Assembly: GCF_009834535.1 (NCBI RefSeq)
Contig: NC_045696.1
Span: 58,034,001-58,098,000 of the forward strand
DNA: 64,000 nt
Direction of reading: 5' to 3'
From: Camelus ferus
Taxonomy: Eukaryota
Shown here: positions 22,501 through 34,500 of the stretch, piece after piece
How the letters are laid out: each line of letters opens with the position of its first letter
Position numbering within the stretch: position 1 is the first letter of the stretch
Translations under genes and position numbers: made by a program
Notes under the pieces: generated by a model
What the model was told of the DNA's origin: nothing
The model's database searches: none
The model's input: the letters and a program-made list of their open reading frames with translations, nothing else

Positions 22501-25500
22501 GTGGAGAAGTGACAACACATCTTCACACAAGGTGGGAACTGGATTTGAATTCTCTAGGAAACTGGGTAGCCCTTTGGACTCTCCTTTCCGTATAATGTAT
22601 AATGTATAATGTAGATTTCAGTATAATGTAGATTGGCCCCTGTCTGTTTCTGTTCTGGAATAGCATTACATTCTTGGCAGGTTCCATCATCCTGGCCATT
22701 TCTCTCAGCTCTAGCTGACTTCTCCTCAGGACTAGTTAATAATAGAAATTTATTATAGTGCTCAACCATTATTGGGGCTCGGGGAAGAGTTACTGAAGAT
22801 AACACTCTTTAGTGAGGAAGGCAAGGTGAGGCCACGAAGAATGGAAGAGAATGAAAGATCAGAGCAGTAGTTGCTTTGCTTCAGTCCTTCATTGCTGAGC
22901 AAGTTTGAATCTTTTTGGAGGGTCTCACACATTCTTACTCCCTTTTCCTCATCTAATCCTTTATTTTTCTTTCCCCTTCTGACTGTCCTTAACCTGCCTT
23001 TTGTTGAAAGCAAAAAGGAGTAGACAGAGATCACAAAGTTGCTAACTTCTTGTTCTTTTTTTTTTTTCAAATTGCCATTTCTAGGCAAAATGTATAAGAA
23101 TGTGCCTTGTGCTTTTCAGATCATGGAAAACATAATCAGAGAATGTTTGGAAATCACTGAGCGTTTTTCCTTAAGATCAATTGCATTTCCAGCAATAGGA
23201 ACAGGAAATTTGGGGTTTCCTAAAAATGTTTTTGCTGAATTAATCACTACAGAAGTGTTGAAATTCAGTAGCAAGAATCAACTGAAATCTTTACAAGAGG
23301 TTTGCTTTCTGTTGCACCCAAGTGATCATGGAAATATTCAGGTACGGTCTTATGCTTACTCATTTTTTGGCATCGGAGCCCTAACAAACGTGTGTATTCT
23401 TAGTCTAAAAAGTTGTATTCTTTCATGTATTTTCATACAGGAAAGTAAAAGAGTAGTGTGGACTAGTTGTAGCATGGAAAATTTCAAGCAAATTTATGGA
23501 TATAGAAAAAAATTTGACTTCTTATTAAGAAACATTTCAAACATATAAAAAAGTAGACAAAATAGGATAATGAAATCCCTTGTCTTCACCATTCATCTTC
23601 ACAACGATGCTTCATCTCTACCTCCATTTATTTCCCTTTCTCCCATATTATTTTGAAGCAGATCCCATATATACATTTTACCCTTAAACAGTTCAGTATT
23701 TGTTTTAGACATTAGGATTCCTTTTTAAAAGTAACCTAACTACAATACTATTTCACACCTGAAAGAAATTAACAATTATTCCTTTATGTCATTAACGATC
23801 AAGTCGATGGTCACATTCTCAACAGTTTCATAAATATTTTCTTTTGTTTTTTTATAGCTTGTTTGTTTGAATCAGAATCCAGATAAGACCCAAATATTGC
23901 AATGGAGTCAACGTATCTCTTAACCCTCTTTTAATCTATAGAGTTTTCTTTCATATGAACTTAGAAATTTTAATACATAATATAAAAGTACAGTTGTAGT
24001 CCTGTAAACAGGAGAATGGCAGGATGAGATGCAATTGAAGGGTATGTTAGAATGAACTCAGCACATCCCCCCAGGACTAGGACAGTTGGGACCAGAAATA
24101 CCAGAACCATCTTCGGTCATAGAGAGTTCATCAACCAGCTCACATTTGCTGAACATCAGCTGTGGATGAGTAACTGGACTCGGCATTATGGGAGAACCAT
24201 AATAAGAGGCCATTCTCCCAAGTCCTTAGAGTCAGAACAGTAGATGAAATTAAATGTTTGAGAAGTCCTATGATAGTGCAAGAATTAAACATATTAAGGC
24301 CAGCAACCCAAGAGATGTCCATAGATCATTGGACCAACTGAATTTTTAGATCATACTTAATTTTTTTCTGGATCTAGACACTACCTTTGAATACTTTGGA
24401 AGTAAACAAATCTAAATTCTAATCAGACAACTAAACCACCCAGGAAAAATATGTGGTCCATTTAGTTGGCCTGTATAACCAAAGTCATTTCTAGTCAATA
24501 AATGCTTTTTGAACAACCTCCCTTTGACTTGCATTGTACAAGGTGATGTGGATCACAGAACGGGCATGTAGAAATACTCTCCCTCCCATAAATCATAACT
24601 CCTTTGGGAGCTAAGATTTATACTCATACAATGAACTAAATCAGAGATGTGAAGTGCTGAGAGTTTTTGAATGAATGGCTGAGTAAACAGGGAAGTGAGT
24701 CCTGTGACACAAATCTGAACCTTCAGATCTCACTATTTCTATGCAGCCTCAGCCTTTGTTTTCTTTCCTAAAGACTCAGAGTATTCTGCAAGTATTCTGT
24801 AAAAGGATTTGTCTATTCAGACACCTGTATTGCCATTGGAAATAGTATTGATTCTCCATACATTACTGTGACACTACTTCTTTTAAGACTTTTAAAGACA
24901 ATTGAGCTTTGGTTATAGTTCCACAAAAAATCAATAAATCTTACTGAGATATTTAGGGGTGGACAGATGTAACAGATGTCACAAAACAGCAGCCCGTGGT
25001 CTGAATGTAGCCTCTAGGTGTGCTTTATTTGTTTTTTTTTTTTTAAAACACTGAATCAGTTGCTGACACTTAAGAACCAAACATGTCACATAAAACTCCA
25101 GATGTCCACTGTAACCTAAAAATTCAAAAGTCTGGCACACTGGACATGGATCTCTACCTGAACAGTTTGCTGTGGCTGAATGGCTCTCTAGTTCTCCAGC
25201 GTTGAACCAGTCCACCTTTACACCTGTAGGTTGCCTGCCTGGTCACTGGAGGTCTTCAAGCTTGAGACCTTGTGTCTATATTCTCTCAGTTCCTCTGTCA
25301 TTATTGTATCAGCCTTTTAGCCAAGATGTTACTTGTTCCCCGCCCCACCACCACCAACAAAATTCCCTGTTGCTTTTTCAAACGGAGGAAGAAAATGATG
25401 ATTTGGGGGTGTCACTACCAGGCAAAGAAATAGAATTCCAGCCTATTGCTCCAAAAACACTACTCCCCTAGCCTACAAATAAGAAATTAAAATCTGAAGT

Positions 25501-28500
25501 GTTTGGGTCCTTGCGATTGTCTTTCTCTTAACACTGTATTTTTAACAACTGCAGGCTTTTTTCTTTTACTGATTATGAAAGTAATGCAATGTCATTGTAG
25601 AAACTTTGAATAATATAAAAATACTTAAATTCTTCTAGTTGTGTATCATCCTGGTCTTTTATGTATATGGACTTCTAAAAGTGGGATTATATAATGTAAT
25701 TTAGTATCATTCTTTTTTCATTTAATAGTATAAAATAAGCATTTCTCTATGCCATTAACTATTCTTTGAAAATGTGATTTAAAAATAAAGATTTTTATTT
25801 GTTTATTTATTTTTATAATGGAGGTACTGGGAATTGAACCCAGGACATCATGCGTGCTGAGCATGCACTCTGTGACTGAGCTACACCCTCCCCCTGAAAA
25901 CGTGATTTTTAATGGCTGCTAAATACTAAATACATATGGACCTACTAAAATTTATTTAACCATTTTCCCATTGGATTTTTAAACTGTTTAATTTTTTTCT
26001 TGATTATAAATAGTATTATAAAGAATATCTTAGTATTTATACCTTTGTTCACGTCTTTATAATTTTCATAGTATGTATTTATCAAAATGGAATTTATGTA
26101 TTTTCTCATAACTTAGAAATCTATAATAAAAATAAATAATACTTTGAGAATTGTTCCCTCCTGAACATTTGTGCATGCAGGATCAAAAGTCTTGATGACT
26201 CAAATTCATTCATCTACTGAGGACTGTAGTGGTCAAAACTGTCTTTGTATTTACAGGCATTTTCAGATGAATTTGCCAGAAGGGCTAATGGAAATTTCGT
26301 CAGTGACAAAATTCCCATGGCTGAAGACACACAAGGTTCAGTAAAACTTATAAATTGAGACATTATTTCTTGTTGCTAAATAACTATTCAGTGATAAGTG
26401 AAAAATGATAGGATGATTTTTATGAAAAAATCAATTTGTGACAAAGAAGATATTAAATTATATTCCATATACCTGGGCATGCAAGGCCCTGGCCATGTTT
26501 GTGTGATCTGGAGGGAAAGAGTAGGCAGGCCAGGCTATATAATCTGCACAATGGGCTCTTAAACAGAGACGAGGCTACTATTTTCTAAGGATGATGTGAT
26601 ATGTGTTTTCAGAAATAGACATACTTAAAGAGATAATACCAACCGAGAGCTTCTCCTCTGTCAAAGTTACTGTTGTATATTTGAGTTTATCCTGTTTGAA
26701 GTTTGCTGAGGCTTCTTGAATCTGAATATGCATGTCTTCCGTCCAATTTGGGGATTTTTCAGTCATTTCTCAAATATATTTTTCTGCACTGGTCTCTCTC
26801 TCCTCACCTTCTGGTGCTCCAGTAACATGGATGGTAAGCCTTTTGATAATGTCCCATAGGTCCTTGATGATCTGTTCTTTTTTTTTTTTCTGTCAATCTT
26901 TTTTCTCTCTGTTTTTCAAATTGGATAATATTTATTGATCTACCTCCAAATTAGCTGACTTTTTTTTCTGTCTACTACACTATTGAGCCTATCCTGTGAG
27001 TTTTAAATTTTAGACATTGTATTTTAAAGTTCTAAAATATCCACTTGATTCTTATAGTTTATATTTCTCTACAGAGCCTCCTATTTTTCCATTAATTCCA
27101 AATCATTTCCATGCACTCAAATATGTTTATTCTGACCTCAGGGAGCATAGTTATAGTAGATGCTTTAAAGTCTTTGTCTGACCATTCCAGCATCTGAATC
27201 ATCTTGAGATTAGCGTCTGCACCGAGTGTCTTTATCCTTGAGAACTGGCCACGTTTTCCTGGTTCTTTGTATGATAAGCGATTTTCAGTTCTAGAATGAG
27301 CATTTTAAACATTATGTTGTGAGACTTGGGTGCTGGTAGAATCCTCTAGAAAATGGTGATTGTTTTGTTTGCTTGTTTGAGCAGGCAGCCAATCAGTTAA
27401 CTTCATTCTAAAAGTTCCGCCTCACCTGTGTGGGCAGAGGTTCCAAAGTCAATTGCATTCTCAAGGACGTTCCTGTGCTGCTTGGGTCTGCCCCATGTGC
27501 CCAGCTCTGGGGTGCGCTCAGGGTTGACACTAGTTCACACACAGAACAGGGGGTCACCTTCTCCGGCTCACCTCTCTAGCATTCCCATTACACTCTCTGA
27601 CTCACAGGAGCCTATTTTCCAGGTCCTCTGGCCAGAAAGACAAGGTTTTCTCAGAGCTGAATCTGCCTGGTTGTTCTGTTGCCTCATGGTTTTGTGTGAT
27701 CAGGGTTGCCCTTGGGCAAAGCAGAGAGAAAAGAAAGGGCAGGGGTAGGGGGGTGAGGCGGGGGCAGAGCAAATAAACAAAAAACCAGGGATGTCCCATA
27801 CACCACATAGACGCTTTTCAGACTGATTCTTCTAGACAGAAAGACAGAATGTCTCTTAGGGTTTAGCTCCCAGCGGTGTCACTGTTGAGTTCTGCAACCA
27901 GGGCACCTTGGGACAGGGCCTGGATTAAAGAAGGAAAAACATGGAAAAAGAAAAGATGAGGCCTCTTTGCCATATGCTTCAGCTCCCAGGGACCCATTTT
28001 CTCAACCCTCTGGCCACAAAGACAGGGGTGCTCTGAGAGTTTTGCTGCCTGTTTCACTAGGTTGGTCTGCGACGAGGGCCACGCTTGGGTCAAAGCTGGA
28101 AGAGAAAATGAGGGAAATTTTCAAAACACAACAAAACAGGAAACTCTCCTCTGTACAGGCTGCTGCTTCAAGTTTTGAACCCCTCCCTTCAATCTGCCTG
28201 CTGTGGTGAACTTCTCATTTCTCAGGGAGGGGCTTTTTGTATCTGTCCCACGTTTTTAGTTATTACCAGTGGCAGAGAAATGCTCGAGTGGGCTGACCAC
28301 CTTGGCCAGCAGCAGAGGTCCTCATTTGATATGTATTACATTTTATAATCCTTTTCCAGAAACAGACCATCACAGGGGCTCAGGGCCAGGGCCAGGTTAA
28401 ATGCCACAAGTCACAGAGAGAGTGAGGGGGAAGGATGAGAGGGGCAGAGGTGAGGACCATGAGATCTAGTTAATTCTTGTTGTTGCTGACCTGTTACTGA

Positions 28501-31500
28501 CCCCTCCTGCCTTTTTTTTTTTTTTTTTTCCTTGTCAGGTTCCCATGGGACTGTTTCTAGCCCTGATTTAGGAGTGTATGAAACGAAGATTGGGCCCATC
28601 ATTTTCCAGGTAGCCTCTGGAGACATTACCACAGAAAAGGCAGATGTGATCGTTAATTCAACATCCAAGACATTTAATCTCAAAACAGGTACTTGACTTG
28701 TAGAATTTTGACTAGTGTAATAGTCACAGTAGACCTGTAAAGGAGATTTCCTACAGCCAAACTGGTTTCTACAACTTTGGCTTCTTACTATTAATTAGTA
28801 ATTTAAAAGTTATTTTGACACTGTTTCTCATAATTGGTAACAGCTCTTTCATCGGTTTTTTTTTCTTCATTGTTATCGGGAATACCCAAGTTATAGGATT
28901 CCTCTGATGATGGGGAAAGTGTATAGATAGAGGATATCACTGTGATCCAAAGGTCCTGTAATGGCTTTTTTATTCATGTGCATTGCAATCTTGACTTTCT
29001 CATGTAGGGGTCTCCAAAGCAATTTTAGAACGTGCTGGGAAAACTGTGGAAATGGAATGTACTCACCAAGGTAAGGCACAACGCTATTTTATTGGATCTG
29101 AATTTTAAGTGGCAGACTGAATACGGGAGGCTGTGGAGGATGGGGAAGGTCTTGAGATTGGGGAGACAATATAGTGATCTTAAAACCATACCTTTTACTA
29201 AGGAGTTCCAGCTGTAGAGAATTAGAAATGAAAACTAATCTCTGAGTTAAAAGAGAAGCAAGAAAGATTCATTAAAGGTAGTATTCCAGGAGTCTCTGAT
29301 CCACATAAAATGTTTTATTTGCCAATTCAGATATTTTCAAAGAGTGGGTTCAGCACCTACTTTTGCATCTTTTGTCTTGTGTTTCCCAGCTCAACAGGGA
29401 CACAGTAATTATATAATTACCCAAGGAGGATTATTGAAGTGCAAGAATATTATTCATGTCATTGGTGGAAATGATGTCAAGAACTCGGTTTCCTGTGTTT
29501 TGCAAGAGTGTGAAAACCGGAATTACTCATCCATTTGCCTCCCAGCCATTGGGACAGGTTTGTAGCCTCTAGCCGTAGAGGCTAAATCCCAAGGTGGCCA
29601 CTCCCCCCGGATTTGGTGCTGATGGTTAACGTGGTTAATGTCATTACTGCTGAGTCTGTGTCAGGGCACTTCCTCACCCCAGGGCAGCCCCTGAGGGAAG
29701 TAGCAAAGCCTGGGGGCAAAGCAAAAGAGGAAAGAATGAAAAAAACTGGAGTGTTGGGATATTAAAAATCTGCTTTCTCATATGGACAGGAAGGGAGAGG
29801 AAGGAAGGGGGAGAGAAAGAAAGCCCACCTCTCATCGCTTTCATCAGCTCCTTCTCTTTTTTTCGATCCCCTGCATATCCCTCATTATTTAGTCTTTAAC
29901 CTCCCGCTCCAGCACCCTCCATGGAAACATCAGAGCATGGACCTCAGCCTCCTTGTGGCTGACTCCTAGTCAGCATGGCCACTCCTCTTCCCTCACCTCT
30001 TCAACAGTAGTAGGCTGGCCGCAGGGCATCTGGGCCTCTCAGTCATCAGAACCTTTTTATGGGTCAGAAACTCAACCCTCCACCTTCCTCGTTTCAGCCT
30101 GCCTGCCTCTTTGGAACTTCTTGTTTTCTTCAAATTACGTAATGATTGTATGAGTCTTCCTTTATAAGGATGGTGCTTTGCGTTTATCATTTGTAAGGTG
30201 GTGCTCTTTGAGCTCTTTCCCAGGAATCTGAGTTGTGTGCACTGATCAGGAATTCCAGCTTGGTCGATTTTAAGGGAGCTGCTCAGGGGAGGCAGACAGT
30301 CTCAGGCTTGAAGCGGAATAGAGCTGATTGGTCCCAAAGAGAGCACGCTCAGCACTGGATTGATTATCCCATTGCTCAGGAATCTAAGTTTGAGTGTCTC
30401 ACGCTGGCATTCTAGGCTCTCCAGAAGTGTAGCTTCAATAGACCTAACCATCCTTGTCACTTTCTGGGCCGTCTTCTAATCCTCTATCTCATAGTTTGAT
30501 TTCTCTTATTTTTCATTCCTCTTAATGTTCCCACATGGACTGCTATGTCTGCTTTATTAGTTCTCTATTTCTAAAGAGTGAAACTTACACTCCCTTTATG
30601 CTTTCATTCCCTCATGTATCTTCCAGTCCTAACGTATTATCTGTCTGTCTGTCTGTCTACCTATCTCCCTATCATTTTTTATGGACACCCACTAATGACT
30701 CCCCAGTCTCCATCTCCATCTGTTTTTCCCTCTGAGCTCCGGTCTTGTGTTTCCACCTTAACTTTATTTGTGCCAAGAAATCAGGCAGCCAAGGGTGGCA
30801 CAGATCTTTTCAAGGAAGTCCCTGGGTGGAGTCACAGAGGAAATAAGGAAAATTTTAGTTTTGTATAAATATTTCTGGTTACTGCAGACCTGTTGTTTCT
30901 TCCATGGACCTGGCTGCATTGCTGGTCTGCATAAATAAATCAAGGTTAGCAAATTCTCCTTGCTTGTCTTCTTTACCTATCTCCACCACCACTTTAGATG
31001 AATAGGGGAGCTTCCTCCCTCAGTGGTGTTTATGAGTTGAATTGGGACTGTGATCGAGACAGTTTCTGGCAGTAAAGGAAGCCCTCTCCTCATTCCTCAC
31101 AGACTCTCTCCTCACTCGAGGGGAGGGAGTGGGCAGTCGTGGTTCCTGCAGGCATCTCAAGCTCAAAGCAAACTCCAAACTCTGTGCACTGTCTTCTCCC
31201 CGAAACCTGCCCTTCCTCTTACATCCTGAGCCTGTTAAAAGCGTCACTTTCTGTCTAAGATCCTTGACTCTATCCTCTTTATCACTTCTGTGTGCATTAG
31301 CTTCTTAATTTGTTTGATTGAATATTTAGTGAGTGCCTACCATGTGCCAGGCACTGAGCTGGGGTACCAGGGACAGAAAGATGACTAAGAAAAGGGTCCA
31401 GTCCATAAGGGGTGCCCGGCCTACTGTGACCCACAGACACATCAACAAACAGCTGCCGTGCAGTGTGACTCATGAAATACACATGAAGGTCGTAGGACAA

Positions 31501-34500
31501 AGGGGCAAGTACAAAGCCAGGTGGTCACTTGGTTCTGCTGACTTTACTTACTATGCATCTCCTCAGTTCCTACACTCGACTCTTTTTCTAGCCTCCTCTC
31601 TTTTTTCAGCTCTTGTCTTTTGCCTACACCTGTTTAGACCTGTGCTCCTTGCTCCAGAGCCTCCTATGCTCAACCTCTATCCCTGAGTTTACCGTTTTCA
31701 AAAACAGATCTATTCTCCTGAACATACCAGGTTCAACATATCACACCCGTTTCACAGTCCCACCTGGCATGGGCTTTCCCTCAGCTTTCCATACTTCACC
31801 TGTTGAGCACCTGTTCATCCCCACTTCGCACATCCTGTGTCCTGAGTGCCTAGCTTACTGACAGTGAATGAATGTATCTGAGCACTCCCATTTAAATTCT
31901 TACAAATATTCCAAATATCATGGAATAACTATAGCTTTGCGATGGAGAATTTCTCTCTTCCCTTGATCATCTAATAAAAAAAAAACAAACAAACAACAAC
32001 TGAACAAACCCTCTGGGTTAGTTTTATACAGGGCTTGTCTACATTCCTATAGTTGTCTACATAGCCAAGTCAAAGAAGTCTGCTCTCATTTCTGCAGTAA
32101 CAGTGAGCACCATCAACAGGGATCATCCAGGTGGGCTCCTTGTCTGTCACACCAATTGGCCAGGGGACTTTTACATTGCTCCTCCCCCGAACATGTGACA
32201 GCAGCTTCCATGGCTTTTCACGAGCCTTTTCAAGGAGCTTTTACTTAGGCAGAAGGCTGGAGAAACAACATATGGAGCACGTTTGAAAGAGGAAAAGACC
32301 TGTTCAGGTGGCAACCTTGAATCCTACAAAGTCAGCTAAAATCGCACTGACTGTGGGAGGAAAAACTTCTTGGAGGCTCATGGATAACTTGTATGCAAAG
32401 AATTACAGATTATAGCAAGTGGCTTATAGCTCCAGGTGTCCTACAAAATCAGCTCAGTTTAAATCAAAGACACCTGCGAGAGTAAGGATCTATGCGTAAA
32501 CTCAAGGAATGACTGAACAAAAAAATAATTGTTGTTCTCTTTAAGGAGCATGATATTTCAACATACATTAGTATCTTTTGCTTTTTATGGATCTTTTGAA
32601 GATGCTCATGAGCCAAAAAATGTTAAGTGTGCTCTGTAACACAGAAGAACATTGTGAGCTGGGATCTGCTGAATGAAGCAGATATGAAAACCAGACACTA
32701 AGTTATGTTTCTGGGTCCTTTGTTCATTTTGGGGATGTTGGCTTCCTGACATCCTGGAACCAAAACTCCCACTGCATCTAGGACTTCAGCAGTGTTTGCC
32801 CATGCGATGTTAGAAAAGTCAATGGTGATGAAGGAGTTGGGGAGTGGGAATTTATTCTGAGTGGGAATCCCTAATTTATTCTTCAGGCTTTTCCAGTTGA
32901 GTCTTCTTTTCTTTTTTTAAATCCAGTTGGATTTTTTTCCCAGTCATTTTTATTATTTGCCTTTCTAGGAAGTGCCAAACAAAACCCAGATAATGTTGCT
33001 ACAGCCATAATTGATGCCATCGAAGACTTCACCCAGAAAGGATTGGTCCGGTCCATAAAAAAAGTTAAGGTTGTTATCTTTCTGCCTCAAGTACTGGATG
33101 TGTTTTATGCCAACATGAAAAAAAGAGGACTTCAGCCTTCTCCCCAACAGTCTATGATGTCTAAAATTGCATGTGAGTTGTACATTTTTATGAAATGCCC
33201 TTTCCTAATATTGATGTCATGTGAGAAATAGTTATTCTTTTTTCTACATCCTTTTTTTGGGGTAGTTATTAGCTTTTTTCCAGTTTTGCAAAAGCAAAAA
33301 TAAATACATGGGACTCCAGACTAAAAAGCTTCTGCATAGCAAAGGAAATCATCAACAAAATGAAAAGGCAATGGGAAAAAATATTTGCAAATTGTATATC
33401 TGATAAGGAGTTAAAATCCAAAATATATAAAGGACTCATACAAATCAACAGAATAAAAACCAAACAATCTGATTTTAAAATGGGCAAAGGATCTGAATAG
33501 AAATTTTTCCAAAAATTATACACAATTGGTCAATAGGTACATGAAAATGTGCTCAACATCATTAAGCATCAGGGAAATGCAAATCAAAACCATAATGAAT
33601 GATCACCTCACATGATAGAACAGCTATTATCAAAAAGACAAGAAATAACAAGTGTTGGTGAGGATGTGAAGAAAAGTCAACTTCCATGCACTGTTGGTGG
33701 GAATATATATTGGTGCAGCCACTGTGAAAAACAGTGTGGAGGTTCCTCAAAAAACTAAAAATAGAGCTACTATATGATCCAGCAGTCCCACTTCTGGGTA
33801 TATATTTGAAGGAAATGAAATCACTCTCTTGAATCCATGTTCACTACAGCATTATTTACAATAGTCACAGTATGGAAACATTGAAAAATCAACTATAAAG
33901 AAGATTTGAGGGGGTAGGCTATAGCTCAAGTGGTAGAGTGCATGTTTAGCATGCATGAGGTCCTGGGTTCAATCCCCAGTACCTCCTCTAAAAATAAATC
34001 AATGAATAAACCTAAATACCTCCCCCCACCAAAAAAAAAAAAAAAAGATTTGTATATATACACATATACATAAAGTGAAATATTACCCAGCCATAAAAAA
34101 TAAGGAAATCCTGAGATTTTCAACAACATGGATGGACCTTGAGGGCATTATGCTAAGTGAAATAAGACAGAAAAAGACAAATACTGTATGATAGTACTTA
34201 TGCATGGGATCTTAAGAAAAAAACTGAACTCATAGATGCAGAGGGCAGATTGGTGATTCCTAGAGGTAGGATGGAGTTGGTGGGTGGAAGGGGGTGGGAG
34301 ATGGATGAAATGGGTGAAGGTGGTCAAAGGGTAAAAACATCCAATTGTAAGATAAGTAAGTGCTAGGGATGTAATGTACAGCATGGTGACAAGAAAGGAA
34401 GGAAGGAGTGAAGGAAGGAGAGGAGGGAGGGAAGGAAGGAGTGGGGAGGAAGGGAGGGAGGGAGAGCTAATCTTTTCTTGTATTTTTTAGCGTTTTTGGG

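Noticed and set aside
22591..22634. Short (TATAATG)n repeat after exon 7
   Set aside because: Three to four copies of a 7-mer, consistent with ordinary slippage; the resemblance to a bacterial -10 box is irrelevant here.
33915..33985. tRNA-Ala-like gene (also at 56335)
   Set aside because: A/B boxes are followed by an AT-rich tail and poly(A), with a TSD at this copy; these are SINEs, not tRNA genes.
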